From Octopus vulgaris (Eukaryota): DNA of 64,000 bases. Position numbers and translations under genes: made by a program. Positions within the stretch are counted from its first letter, which is position 1. The number at the start of each line of letters is the position of its first letter. The stretch is from the NCBI GenBank assembly GCA_951406725.2, contig OX597816.1, forward strand, positions 12,276,001 to 12,340,000, read 5' to 3'. Under the pieces are notes generated by a model. That model worked only from the letters and a program-made list of their open reading frames with translations, made no database searches and was not told the origin of the DNA. This document shows, one piece after another, positions 1-12,139 of this stretch.

Positions 1-1035
1 CCGCAGGTCAACCAAAGTTTTGTGATTGGATTTGGTAAATGGAAACTGAAAGAATCCTATGGCTTGTGTGTGTTTCCATATTTTGTTACCATATTTCTAT
101 TATTTAGATGCTGTGTTTCATTTAATTTTTGGGCCTTGGGCCTCACAGAAGCAAAGTGGCTGAGTTCCTTTTGTGTGCTGGGCCTCATGAAAACATATAT
201 ATACGTATAGCATGGAAAGTGGATGTTAAATTATGATTATGAAGATATATATTGTGTGTGTGTGGGTGTGTGTGTGCATATAATATAAAAATGGAACAAA
301 AACGCAATAGAGGACAATAAAACATCTGAACAGATAGACAATACAAAGGTGGACAGGAAAAAACAACAATTAGAGGGACAGGAAAACAAAGGACGCATCA
401 TTCATAGCCTTTCATTTGTCAGTCAAGTTACCAGATGTCCTTTCAGTTTCGGGCAGTAACACTTGAGACTGCTTGATCTGGTTGCCCTCCCACCAGAAGT
501 TTAAGCTAAGAGCATTATATATGTATGTATGAATGAGTATATGTGTGTATATATATATGTGTGTGTGTGTGTGTGCATCTTTCTGTCTGTGTTTGTTCTC
601 CACCACCACTTGACAACCGGTGTTGGTGTGTTTATGTCCCTATAATTTAATGGTCCAGCAAAAGACCAACATAATATGTATCAGGCTTTAAAAAAAATGG
701 AAATAATCATTCGACTTAGAATTCTTCGAGGCAGTGCTCCAGCATGGCCACAATCTGAAGACTGAAACAAGTAAAAGATAAAAAAAATATACAACAGGCC
801 TCTTCCAGTTTCCATCTACGAAATACACTCACAAAGTTTCTGCTGACCCGGGCCTATTGTAGAAGACATTTGCCCAAGATAACATGCCGTGGGATTGAAC
901 CTGAAACCACATGGTTCAGCAGCCAAATTGTTACCACTCAGCCACACCTGCTCTTTGCATGATTAACCCTTTAGCATTCAGATTATTCTCGCAAATCTAA
1001 TGCCTGAATATTCACAGTATTTTGAATTACCCAAA

Positions 1036-1240
1036 GACAGTGAGATGGCAGAATCGTTAGCACACCAGGTGAAATGTTTAGCGGTATATCGTCTACCATT
1101 ACTTTCCGAGTTCAAATTCTGCTGAAGTCGACTTTGCCTTTCATGTTTTCAGGGTCGATGAAATAAGTACCAGTTATGAACTGGGGTCGATGTAATCCAT
1201 TATCCCCCCTCCCTAAATTTCAGGCCTCATGCCTATAGTA
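1036..1240 (+). mobile_element. tRNA-derived SINE family A
   Basis: A-box-like TGGCAGAATCG, B-box GAGTTCAAATTC, central GTCGACTTTGCCTTTCAT...AAGTACCAG; flanked by ATTTTGAAT on both sides (probable TSD). Confidence 0.8.
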
Positions 1241-1289
1241 ATTTTGAATCACTCATGCATTGTCTCATAGCTTTACAATTTCAATGATG

Positions 1290-1625
1290 TCATCATCATC
1301 ATCATCATTGTTTAACGTCCATTTTCCATGCTGGCATGGGTTGGATGGTTCGACTGGGATTGGGAAGCCAGGAGGCTGCACCAGGCTCCAGTCTGATCTG
1401 GCAGTGTTTCTACAGCTGGATGCCCTTCCTTACACCAACCACTCCGTGAGTGTAGTGGATGTTTTTTACATGCTACCGGCACAGGTGCCAGGGGAGGCTG
1501 GCAACAGCCATGATTGGTTGGTGCTTTTTACGTACCACTGGCATGGAAGCCAGTCAAGGCAGCGCTGGCATTGGCACAAGTATCACAACTACAATTTCCA
1601 TTTGTTTTTTATTTTGATATTGATG
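1290..1625 (-). mobile_element. Retroposon family C (probable RTE-LINE 3' end, (GAT)n tail)
   Basis: (CAT)n-TTTAACGTCC...CTACAGCTGGATGCCCTTCC...GTGCTTTTTACGT block recurring more than 10 times in the window. Confidence 0.7.
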
Positions 1626-3011
1626 TGATTGTTTATTTTTAGAATGACATTGTAACGTAGGTATGAGAGGCTGGATCTGACTGTTTTGAACATAAAACAG
1701 GGGCAACATTTTGGTGAGACATGTCCTGTCGAAATCCTAAAGGGTTAAATCTTAAAATCTTCGTCTGTTCGTCCTTAATGAAAGAATTGCATTCCACTTT
1801 AGAATGATCCAAAAATATTTTACAATCACATAAAATCCATTTGAAATTTATAGGAAAGCCGTGTTTCAAAGACTTGACAAATTAGTAAATTATAATTCAA
1901 ATCTTTAAAGAAAAAAGAATCAGTTATTTTCTTTTTCTTAGAGTTTGTATTTTTGAATATGTTTTTTCATTGCTGTTGTTGTTTAAATATTGTGTCTGCT
2001 ACAAGCGTTTTGTATTATAAGAAACAGTGTGTCTCTAAAATGTCACTACATTATCTAAGGAGGATGCAGTGATGGAATACATGCAAAATGGAGCAAAACT
2101 GTAGAAGGGAGGAGCAGAGAGATAGACGTGAGGTGAAGCAGTAAATACTGACTTTGGATTAATGTGTATCTTGAACGAGATGACAAAAGACTGATGATTG
2201 GTGATACGCTTGATTGATCAAAACTCATCGGTCCATGGTGCTAGCTTTGCAAATTGGTAAAGCAAGCATCAAAATAGAAATAAGAACAGTACCTGGGTAG
2301 GTCTTTTACTTGTTCCTGTCATTAAACCATGGCCATGCTCTAGGCACTGCCTTGAAGATGTTTCGAGTGTTCTCTCATCTCCCACCCCTCTGCTTGTGAT
2401 GTCTGATGGCATATCCAGGCATTTGAAACAAGATCCCTGGATAGAAATAAACATTCGACTTAGAATTCTTCAAGGTAGTGCTCCGGCATGGCCACAATTT
2501 GAAGACTGAAACAAGTAAAAGATTAAAAAAATATGCAACAGGCCTCTTCCAGTTTCCATCTACCAAATCCACTGACAAGGTTTCTGTTGACCTAGGACTA
2601 TTGTGGAAGATACTTGCCCAAGATAACATGCCGTGGGATTGAACCTGAAACCACATGGTTCGGACATCACATGGTTCAGACATCAATAGTTTCATGTTAT
2701 TGGTCTGTTAACCAGCTAATCAGCATGAAGCCATTACAGGATTCAATGTTCTAGGATCTTCTTGTACCCTCTAAGGGGCCATTTCTGGCAGTAATTAGTC
2801 GCAGAATGTTGAGGCAGCTGAGGGTTATGTGTCTCCGTTCTTGCCCCATCAGACAGCCTACACAGATAGATCAGACAAATAGCCAAGAACCTCCGACACC
2901 ATTAATACAGAACCGCTGTTTTCTGTTATGTTGGGCTGGCCACATGTTGATGTATCAGCCGTTTGTCATAAACTCCAAGCTGTATCTCTTTCCCAGTTTG
3001 TAATTATCGCC

Positions 3012-3226
3012 ATTGCAGCATGGAAGGTATTTATAAGCCATTTAAAAACACACAAAACCATTAGATTCACTTCAACATTTAAATTTAATTTGTCAAAATT
3101 TAATTTAAATTTTGTTCACTGACAAAATTCCGTGCTGCACATTTAAATTAAATTTAAATGTTGAAGTGAATCTAATGTTTTTTTGTGTGTTTTAAAAGGA
3201 CTTATAAACACCTTCCATGCTGCAAT
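3012..3226. repeat. Inverted repeat/foldback with ~80-bp arms
   Basis: 3012-3091 (ATTGCAGCATGGAAGG...TTCAACATTTAAATTTAATTT) is the near-perfect reverse complement of 3145-3226. Confidence 0.85.
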
Positions 3227-3672
3227 TGTTCTTGTTTCAGCACATAATCTCAGATCAAGTCACTTGCTATGCAAGTACATCCCCATAATTATTGCCATTG
3301 TTATCTATAAAAGGCCAATGCAATTTGATTTTATGTACAATAATAAAATCTGTTAAATGTTCATGGGTGTTGTTCAGTTACTTCTACATGCAACCCAAGA
3401 AACAGAAGAAAATATGGAGGGGGGTGATGAGTTTAATTATAGCTGTGGTGATAATGATAAGAACAAAGATGATGACTTTGAAAATGGGATGTGATTTAAA
3501 GAGTTTTAACTGCCCTTCACTTAATGTGGAGCAACGAAGTGTAGAATTAAATATAGGCTGTGTAGTAGGAAGCTTGCTTCCTAACTATTTGGTTTTGGGT
3601 TCAGTCCCACTTGCGTGGCATCTTGGGCAAGTTTCCAAAGGATTTGCTTCGACAGAAACTGAAAGAAGCCTG

Positions 3673-3717
<45 letters not shown>

Positions 3718-5297
3718 TGTATATATATATAGATATATATATATATAGGAAGCAGCACCAAGCTCCAGTCTGATCTGGCAGTGCTTCTACAGCTGGATGC
3801 TCTTCTTAACGCCAACCACTCCGTGAGTGTAGTGGGTGCTTTTTACGTGCCACCGGCACAGGTGACAGATGGGGCTGGTAACAGACGTGATCGGTTGATG
3901 CTTTTTACATGCCACTGGTATGGAAGCCAGTCAAGGCGGCACTGGCATTGGCCATGTTTGGATGGTGCTTTTTACGTGCCACTGGCATGGGTATCACAAC
4001 TACAATTTCCATTTTGATGTTGATGTACTTGACTCACTAGGTCTCCTCAAGGTACTTTTGAATGGGCTGGGGCTGGTTATGCAAATTGATTTTTCAAAAA
4101 TCATAAAATTTCGGCTTTTTACGCACTTGCCATCATGACATCAATTTGATGAAAAATGCCGAAATTTGATGAAAAATGTTTCATGGGTATAAACAGACAG
4201 CTTATTAACAGTAATCTCATAAGCATTTGCTAATTATTCATTTCAATGCAAATTGTTTTGATTTGCTAAAACTTATTTCAATTCTTTGTTTTAATTCCAC
4301 AGTGTTTCAGGTTTTTATTAGGTAAGAGCATTTTATTTCTCAAGCAAAATTTAGGTATTTTGCACACTAACCATCGTGACATTAATTTAAGGAAATCTAC
4401 CCCCAAAGCATAAAATTTCCCCATTTTACTCACATGCACAAAAATTACAACACGGGTTCACTAACAGACTCTGCTCATTTTTTTATGAAATTGGTCCTAT
4501 CCATTAATATAGATTTTAATTTTTTTTTAAATGCCAAAATTTGAGAAAAAATATTTCATGGCTATTAACAGACATCTTCATCATCATCATCATCATCATT
4601 TAACGACCGTTTTCCATGCTAGCATGGGTTGGCTAGCCATGGAGGGTGCACCAGGCTCCAGTCTGGTTTGGCAGTGTTTCTACAGCTGGATGCCCATCCT
4701 AACGCCAACCACTCCATGAGTGTAGTGGGTGTTTTTTTACATGTTACCGGCACAGGGGCCAGAGGAGGCTGGCAAATGGCTACAATCGGTTGGTGCTTTT
4801 ACATGGTAATTAATAGTAATTTATTACCAGGTACCTCAGCTAGTATTCTTAATATGCTTGTGTCATCTCAGACACTTCTTCACTGAAGGTCAACTATAAC
4901 TGTGAGACTTGTACAAAATCCTTCACATTTACAGTTTATTAATTTCCATTCTATTCGTGCATCATTATTGCTCACAGAAAAAATTCTAAAATTCCTGTTC
5001 TTGACAGCAACTCTTATCTAATGTAAATACATTTACATCTACATTTTTTAATTTCTTTCACTGTTAGCAAAAGCTGGAGAGTTCTTGAAATCCTTACAAA
5101 GTTTTGCAGTAGTAAGAAGTAGTTCCTTCTGGGCTTTATGCTTCTTAATGCTAACAGCTAATAGTAGCTACTTTCCATTTAAGCATACTAAATCCGATAT
5201 TGCTGTTTGAATGATGACGGGTCGTTGCCTAAAATATCTTATACTTTCTTTAAATGTTCCCTTTTTACAACAACAGCCTTTACTCTTTTATTTGTTT

Positions 5298-5650
5298 CAG
5301 TCATTTGACTGCAGCCATGCTGGAGCACCACCTTTAGTCAAACAATCAACCCCAGGACTAATTCTTTCCAAGCCTAGTACTCATTTTGTCTCATTTGCTG
5401 AATTGCTAAGTTACAGGGTTGTAAACATACCAGCATCAGTTGTCAAGCGATGGTGGCAGGACAAACAAATACACACACACACACACACACACACATATAT
5501 GATGGGTTTCCTTCAGTTTATGTCTAGCAAGGCTTTGGTCGGCTCAAGGCTATAGTAGAAGAGACTTGCCCAAGATGCCATGCAGTGGGACTGAACCTGG
5601 AACTGTGTGGTTGGTAAGTAAGCTACTTACCACACAGCCACTCCAGCACC
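5298..5650 (-). mobile_element. tRNA-derived CORE-like SINE family B
   Basis: Reverse complement of GGAGTGGCTGTGTGGTAAGTAGC...TTGGGCAAGT...(TG)n...GGTGCTCCAGCATGG...GACTGAAAC. Confidence 0.8.
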
Positions 5651-5866
5651 TTTGTAGGTAGGTTTTGTATGTAGTTGGTAATTCATTGAGCTAACCACAA
5701 TTAATTACTGGTATATGTTTATTTAGAAAATGTAGACAACCAAGACAAAATATTAAAGAATTAGAATGTCTTCAACTCATTTAATATGAAGCTACTTGAT
5801 ACCTGTACAGGTGGGATATTTTTGAGAACTGGAAAATGTTGGTGGTCCATTCTCTGTGGTAATCAA

Positions 5867-6273
5867 TGTGAGATATTCAGCAACAGTGCTTTGTAGTAAA
5901 GATTGTTTGCTAACATAACATGGCAGTCCTGGTTTAGGACTAATGTTGCAGTAATTTAGCCTCAGGTGACATCATCTCTAGCTGGCTATACAACATCATC
6001 TGTGTCCTTATATTTTCGAACAAAAGAATTTAGCATACCCACTCAGCTCAAAACAATAACCCAGAAATCATGATACACAGAAATTGTTTTAAGCTGAGTT
6101 GGGGTGCTAGATTCTCTTGTTCGAAAATATAAGGATACAGATTGTGTCGTATAGCCAGCTGGAGACAATGTCTCCTGGGGCTAAATTACAGCAACATTAG
6201 TCCTAAACCAGGACTGCCATGTTATGTTGGCAAATAGTCTTTACTACAAAGTACTATTGCTGAATATTTCACA
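5867..6273. mobile_element. ~400-bp foldback element (long-TIR MITE-like)
   Basis: 5867-6058 is the reverse complement of 6083-6273 with mostly transition mismatches; ~25-bp spacer. Confidence 0.8.
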
Positions 6274-6302
6274 ATGTGGGATTTTAAAAATAGCAATTTT
6301 CC

Positions 6303-6431
6303 AACTTAGTTATCGTTAAGCTTGTGTTAGTCTCATAAATTGTGATTAAGGTTTGGTGGAAGAACTTTTGAAAACAAGACGTTTGTACTACAGAGCTGGA
6401 GGTGGTTTCAGGTAAGTTGGTATCAAAAGGG
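6303..6431 (-). mobile_element. Partial TTAA MITE family P2
   Basis: Reverse complement of the 24814-25035 element; ends AAAAGGG|TTAA. Confidence 0.6.
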
Positions 6432-7289
6432 TTAACTTTACAAACTCTCATCTCCTGAGCTTTATTTTCCTCCTTTCTGATGCAGTAAACTGGGTACTTT
6501 CTCTTTCTTGGAATAGTTTTTTTGATATCCTAAAACCAAGGTGTCATTGGTGAGTGTGTACTGGTGCCACATAAAAAGCATTATTCCTGGTGCCCTGTGG
6601 AAAGCACTGGTGATAATTCCATGTAAAAAATCACCCAGTACACTCTGTAAAGTGGTTGGCCTTTGGAAGGACATCCAACTGTAAAAACCAAGCCAAAACA
6701 GATAATTGGACCCTGGTGCAGCCCCTGGCCAGCTTTGCTAGTTCCTGTCAAGTGATCCAACCCATGACAGCATGGAAAACAGAGGTTAAATGATGATGAT
6801 AATGATAGATATAATAGTCTTAACAAAGCTCTACTGACAGATGCAGATTCATTCACCAAAGCTATCTATTGGCTTGTATTTAAAATCTCCCCCAAACACA
6901 TAAATAAGATAAGCATGCATTATTATAATTAATCCTAATAATGTCGTGAATCAAACGAGATATTACCAACAGATGTTATCTCATTCACTGCCAGCGTTTA
7001 GAACAGATATCACTAAATGTAGTTTCATGTACATCTAAAGCTGACTTACAGGGTTATCAGTGTTGCTGACTTGTGTGACAAGTCATAAACAATACTAACC
7101 ACGGCTCTTCTAATGAAAGATCAGGGGCTACAGTTGTAATTAGTCACAAATATATTTGACAGTCATTGGCTTTTAAGAGAACATCTAAGTGGGTTACTAG
7201 AGTTTCCTAGGTTAGGATTATGCTACTTAGATATATACAATAAGGCATAGGTGTTGCTGTGTGGTAAGAAGTTTGCTTCCCAACCACAT

Positions 7290-8020
7290 TATTATATTAT
7301 TATTATTGAGTGAGAGAGCAATGCATGCCATCAAAATGACACTGGGGTAAAATATACTAAGCCCAGTATACCCATCATGACTACCTGTCTGATAAGGATA
7401 CACCAAGCACATGCATCACAACCATATATGTGCAACAGTGATTTCCTCTCAAGTTAAACAGTGCATGACTTTGTATGTGGGGCCCTGTTAGAATTTTCTT
7501 CAGATTGAGTAGCCTGTCCCATTCAAAAAGTCCATGTTTCCAAAGGTGAATTATCCAAACCCCAAAGAATTCCTCTTGACACGGGGCTATGATGCTCCCC
7601 CACTGCTTCTGCTCGTGATCAGAGATGCATGTATTGACAGCAACTAAGAGAGAGGCACAACTGGTTACGGTCAAACAACTAACAAGCAAATCTGTGGTAT
7701 TGAGCAGAATATTTGCTGTAGCCCATCTTTTATACCAAGACAAAACAATGTACATGATAACACTTCCAATCAGTTAAGATCAGAAGCCATGAGAGCCTAT
7801 CATTATTATTATTATTATTATTATTGAGTGAGAGAGCAGTGCATGCCATCAAAGGGACACTGGGGTAAAATATACGAAGCCCAGTATACCCATCACGACT
7901 ACCCATCTCATAAGGGTACACTAGGCACATGCATCACAACCATATGTGTGCAAAATGGTGATCTCATATCAAGATAAACAGCACATGACCTTGCAGGTGG
8001 GGTCCAATTAGAATTTTCCT
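7290..8020 (-). mobile_element. Two tandem copies of an (AAT)n-tailed retroposon 3' end
   Basis: (ATT)n-GAGTGAGAGAGCA.TGCATGCCATCAAA..GACACTGGGGTAAAATATAC... repeated at ~7305 and ~7825. Confidence 0.65.
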
Positions 8021-8404
8021 GTTTCAACACATAATTTCACATCAATATTCTTGCAAACCAAGTACCAACACAAATTACTTAGTTTTCTTTGCTCTCTCAA
8101 ATAGGTTTAATACTTTTGTACTGATAAATGCCAATTGCATCAAAGAAAATTGGAAAGGAACCCATATAACCTTCGTCTTCTGTTTTGTTTTAAACTCTGT
8201 TTGTTATGATCTTACTAACCTCTGACTTTTATTCTCATTCATTATGGGTAAGTCTCTTGTTTCTATCACTAATTAGCTGTTTTCTGGTTTGTTTCACCAA
8301 AACTTGCAACATAAGGAATTCTAAATAGATTAATGGTTGATTCTGCTTCGAAATCTCTACTAAATGCAGTTTAAGATTTTTGTGGCTCATTATTTTAAAA
8401 TGCC

Positions 8405-8930
8405 GACCTGGCAAAATCATTAGCATCCCGAGTAAAATGCTTAGCGGTATTTCATCTGCCGCTACATTCTGAGTTCAAATCCCGCCAAGGTCGACTTTGC
8501 CTTTCATCCTTTCGGAGTCGATTAAATAAGTACCAGTTATGCACTGGGGTCGATATAAATGACTTAATCCGTCTGTCTGTCCTTGTTTGTCTCCTCTGTG
8601 TTTAGCCCCTTGTGGGTAGTAAAAAAATAGGTATTTCGTCTGTCTTTAAGTTCTGAGTTCAAATTTCACCAAGGTCAATTTTGCCTTTCATCCTTTCGGG
8701 GTTGATAGATTAAGTACCAGTTGTGCACTGGGGTTGATCTAATCGACTGGCTCTTTCCTCCAAAATTTTGGGCCTTGTGCCTAGAATAGAAAAGAAGCGT
8801 TAGCATGCCAGGCGAAATGCTTAGCAGTATTTCGTCTGGTTTTATGTTCTTTGTTCAAATTCTGCTGAGGTTGACTTTGCTATTCATCCTTTTGGAGTCG
8901 ATAAAATAAGTACCAGTTGTGTACTAGGGT
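8405..8930 (+). mobile_element. SINE family A tandem multimer (3 units)
   Basis: Three successive GTATTTC.TCTG...GTTCAAAT...CTTTGC..TTCATCCTTT units. Confidence 0.8.
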
Positions 8931-8931
8931 A

Positions 8932-9580
8932 AATCATCATCGTCATCATAATCAACATAATCACCACCACCATCACTACCATCACCACAATCATCATCAG
9001 CGTCATCATCATCTTTACCACCACTACCATCATCATAATCAACATCATCATCATCACCACCATCATCATCAGTATCATCATCATCATCACCTTCACCATT
9101 GTCACCACCATCATCGTCATTATAATCAACATCATTATCACCACCATCACCACTATCATCATCAGTGTCATCATCATCACCACCATCATCATCATCATAA
9201 TCAACATCCCACCAATAATACCATCATCAGTGTCCTCATCATCATCTTCACCACCATCATCGTCATCATAATCAACATCATCATCACTACCATCACCACC
9301 ATCATCACCACCACCACTACCGCCACCATCATCAACGTCATGGTAATCAACATCATCATCACCACCGTCATTACCATCACCACAATCATCAGCGTCATCA
9401 TCATTATCAACACAACCATCATCGTCATCATAAACAACATCATCACAACCATCACTACCATCACCACCATCATCATCTTCAGCGTGATCACTATCATCAC
9501 CACCATCATCATCTGCGTCATCATCACCACCATCATCATCTGCGTCATCATCACCACCACCACCACCTCATCATAATCCT
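8932..9580. repeat. Degenerate (CAT/CAC)n trinucleotide tract
   Basis: Direct inspection; explains the poly-H/I/M/V ORFs. Confidence 0.95.
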
Positions 9581-9902
9581 CATCAAGCCCTGAACATTAT
9601 TGTTTCAAGTCCTAGGGGTCTTAGGGGCGGTTTGCCAGTCTCAGATTAATTCAATGAGAAAGCTGTTCTGTTGATTGGATCAACTGGAACTGACATCGTC
9701 GTAACTGACCAAGTGCCAGTTTTACAGTTTGTATCATAATTCATTAAGCTATGGCGATGGTAACGATGATTAAGACGATGCTGATGACAATGATGGTGAT
9801 GATGATGCTAACGATGACGACGACTATGACGATGCTTCATGATAAATGCTAATTTTTGGAATCATAAATGGCCAAGTAAAGATCATGACATCAGCTACAC
9901 GA

Positions 9903-9912
9903 CCAAATATGG
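9903..9912. promoter_or_regulatory. Perfect CArG box CCAAATATGG (SRF-type site), candidate
   Basis: CC(A/T)6GG match in a CpG-retaining non-repeat island; motif only. Confidence 0.25.
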
Positions 9913-10495
9913 CAACCCCTCACGTCGCCACCCCTCACCGACATGTATCACCACTACAAGTCCCGTCTGCTGTCGCACATTTCCATTAATTTATCTCTTC
10001 ACCAAATCTCATCCACATGTAAATCGTACGCCGAGGAATTAACTTCGTAAGCAAAAACCACAACAGTCGGCCAGAAGATTCATTGCTGTACGTACAAGCT
10101 GTACATACAACCCGTACGCTGTAGTTCCTATTGTCTTGTGGTTCTCATCTCCACAATCTCTCATTAATATTCATCAGCGATTCAACATCAATTTGGCTTT
10201 TGCTGAAAAGTTATAACTCCTCTGCTTTCACTGTGAAATTTAGAATATTTCCATTCTTAAACTATTCACATATTTCTATTCTTGTTACAGTTCAATTATT
10301 ATTTCATATATTCTTCTATTCCTCCTCTCTTCCAAATTACTCTAACTGACAAAATAGGTAGGTTCAATGATAAACAGCCAGAGTGTCAATGGCTAATTTT
10401 CTTGCGCAATAACCATCATCATCACACTTTATTACTTCACCATTTAGTACATTATTTACATTTGATGAATATTTGTCCTCATCTTGTTTGTTGTT

Positions 10496-10538
10496 AACAC
10501 GTTTCAACTGTTATACCCTCCAGCCTTCATCAGGTGCT
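10496..10538 (-). ncRNA. Degenerate hammerhead (H1 inverted copy)
   Basis: rc CAC-CTGATGA-AGGCTG...CAGTT-GAAAC-GTGTT; 3-nt deletion at the cleavage site. Confidence 0.5.
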
Positions 10539-10750
10539 TTGGGGAAATTTTCGAACATGGGTTCTCATTCCTAAGCTATTTTTCAATATTATTATTATTA
10601 TTATTATTATTCAGGTCACTGCCTGGAATCGAACACAGAATCTTGGGGTTAGTAGCCTGCACTCTTAACCACTATGCCATTTGCCCAGGCATAGCGGTTA
10701 AGAGTGCAGGCTACTAACCCCAAGATTCTGAGTTCGATTCCAGGCAGTGA

Positions 10751-10813
<63 letters not shown>

Positions 10814-10877
10814 GAAGAAGAAGAATAACATGGAAAAATACCTTAGGAACGAGAACCCAGGTTCAAAATTTCCCCAA

Positions 10878-10923
10878 AACACCTGATGAAGGCCGGAGGG
10901 TATATCAGCCGAAACGTTGTGTT
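10878..10923 (+). ncRNA. Minimal type-I hammerhead ribozyme (H1)
   Basis: AACAC-CTGATGA-A-GGC.G...CAGCC-GAAAC-GTT-GTGTT: stem I AACAC/GTGTT, stem II, loopless palindromic stem III ACGT; predicted cleavage after 10918. Confidence 0.75.
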
Positions 10924-11142
10924 AACAACAAACAAGATGAGGACAAATATCCGTCAAAATGTAAATAATGTAAATAATGTAAATAATGTACATAATTCTT
11001 CATCTCTTAAATACAGAACTCTAAGAGCAGTGGTGCTGGTGCCACATAAAGATCACTTGTTCTCTTTTGCTGAACCACTAAGTTATTGAGACCTAAGCAA
11101 ACCAACCCTGGTTGTCAAGCAGTGACAGAATGACACACACAG

Positions 11143-11195
<53 letters not shown>

Positions 11196-12139
11196 ACAGG
11201 CTACTTTCAGTTTCTTTTTCCCACATCCACTCACAAGGCTTTGGTCAGCCCAAAGATATAGTAAAAAAACACTTGTCCAAGGTGCCGTGCAGTGGGACTG
11301 AACCCACAACCATGTGGCTGGAAAGCAAACTTCTTACCACACAGTTATTCCTAAACCTATTTGGTTAAAGACTTAATGATTCTCTGTTTAAACATGCTAT
11401 TCTACTTTTTCTTTATCTTGGGTGGGTTAATACACCAATAATAGCCACATACACTGGTTCTATTCAGTTTAGATTCTTTTAGTCTATTGGTTAGCCATTT
11501 AACCAATTGAATAATAAAAGAAGTGAAATAGAATCAGTGTGTGGTATTATTGGCCTAATGACCCTCCCAAAATACAAAATATGTTTCAACATAAATTCAC
11601 ATCAAGAATATCACAAAACCAAATACAAAAATTAAACACTATTCTATTGTAGTTTATCTGTGAATTACATTGCATCAGCTGTGGTGTGATTTAATAATTA
11701 TGTTCTCCACCCTCTTCCTAATTTACGTAAACGAGCTTTTCACAGCATCTTCTAACCACGCAGATATACACAAGTGACATCATCTTTTATTTTCAAGAAT
11801 TTTCTTATGCTTTTGTCATCCACACACTGTCTAGACTTATCAGTCTAGACACGCATCACTCATCATCTAAAGAATAAAGATTTTGAAAATATCTTCCAAT
11901 GGAGAAGCAACAATGTAGCTTTATTTATTTATTATACTGTGACTCTCTGGATGAACAATTAAGAAATTTACTTCATAATCATGTTGTTCTGAGTTTAATA
12001 ACACCACCTGGTATCTTGAGCAAGTGTTTCTTTTCTACTTTAGCTTAGGATTCAACTGAGATTTAGAATTGAAATTTGGTAGGCAGAAAGTACTTAGGTG
12101 AGTCAAAAAGTAATGCCATTTTGTTTAGGACAGGTATAA

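Larger units (their letters stand above)
967..1744. mobile_element. piggyBac-type TTAA MITE (family P1) interrupted by two retroposon insertions
   Basis: TTAA|CCCTTTAG at 963-974 and CTAAAGGG|TTAA at 1737-1748; after removing 1036-1240 and 1290-1625 the remainder matches the uninterrupted copy at 29426-29644. Confidence 0.75.
10447..10991. mobile_element. Head-to-head inverted pair of a tRNA-headed, hammerhead-bearing element (family H1)
   Basis: 10447-10678 mirrors 10688-10991; A box TGGCATAGTGG, B box GTTCGATTCC, (AAT)n, then hammerhead. Confidence 0.8.

Noticed and set aside
745-780. SINE B tail CTGAAGACTGAAACAAGTA as a hammerhead
   Set aside because: No stem II between the core halves; CTGAAGA is a private variant; the hairpin-GAAAC is better explained as the LINE-type tail
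2690-2965. GC-richer unique segment, possible exon or LINE fragment
   Set aside because: Frames I translated contain stops and show no motif I recognise
8884-9576. Poly-His/Ile/Met/Val ORFs
   Set aside because: Artefacts of the (CAT/CAC)n tract
10090-10125. miR-100/let-7-like fragments (AACCCGTA, CATACAACC)
   Set aside because: Only 8-9 nt match and I see no precursor hairpin
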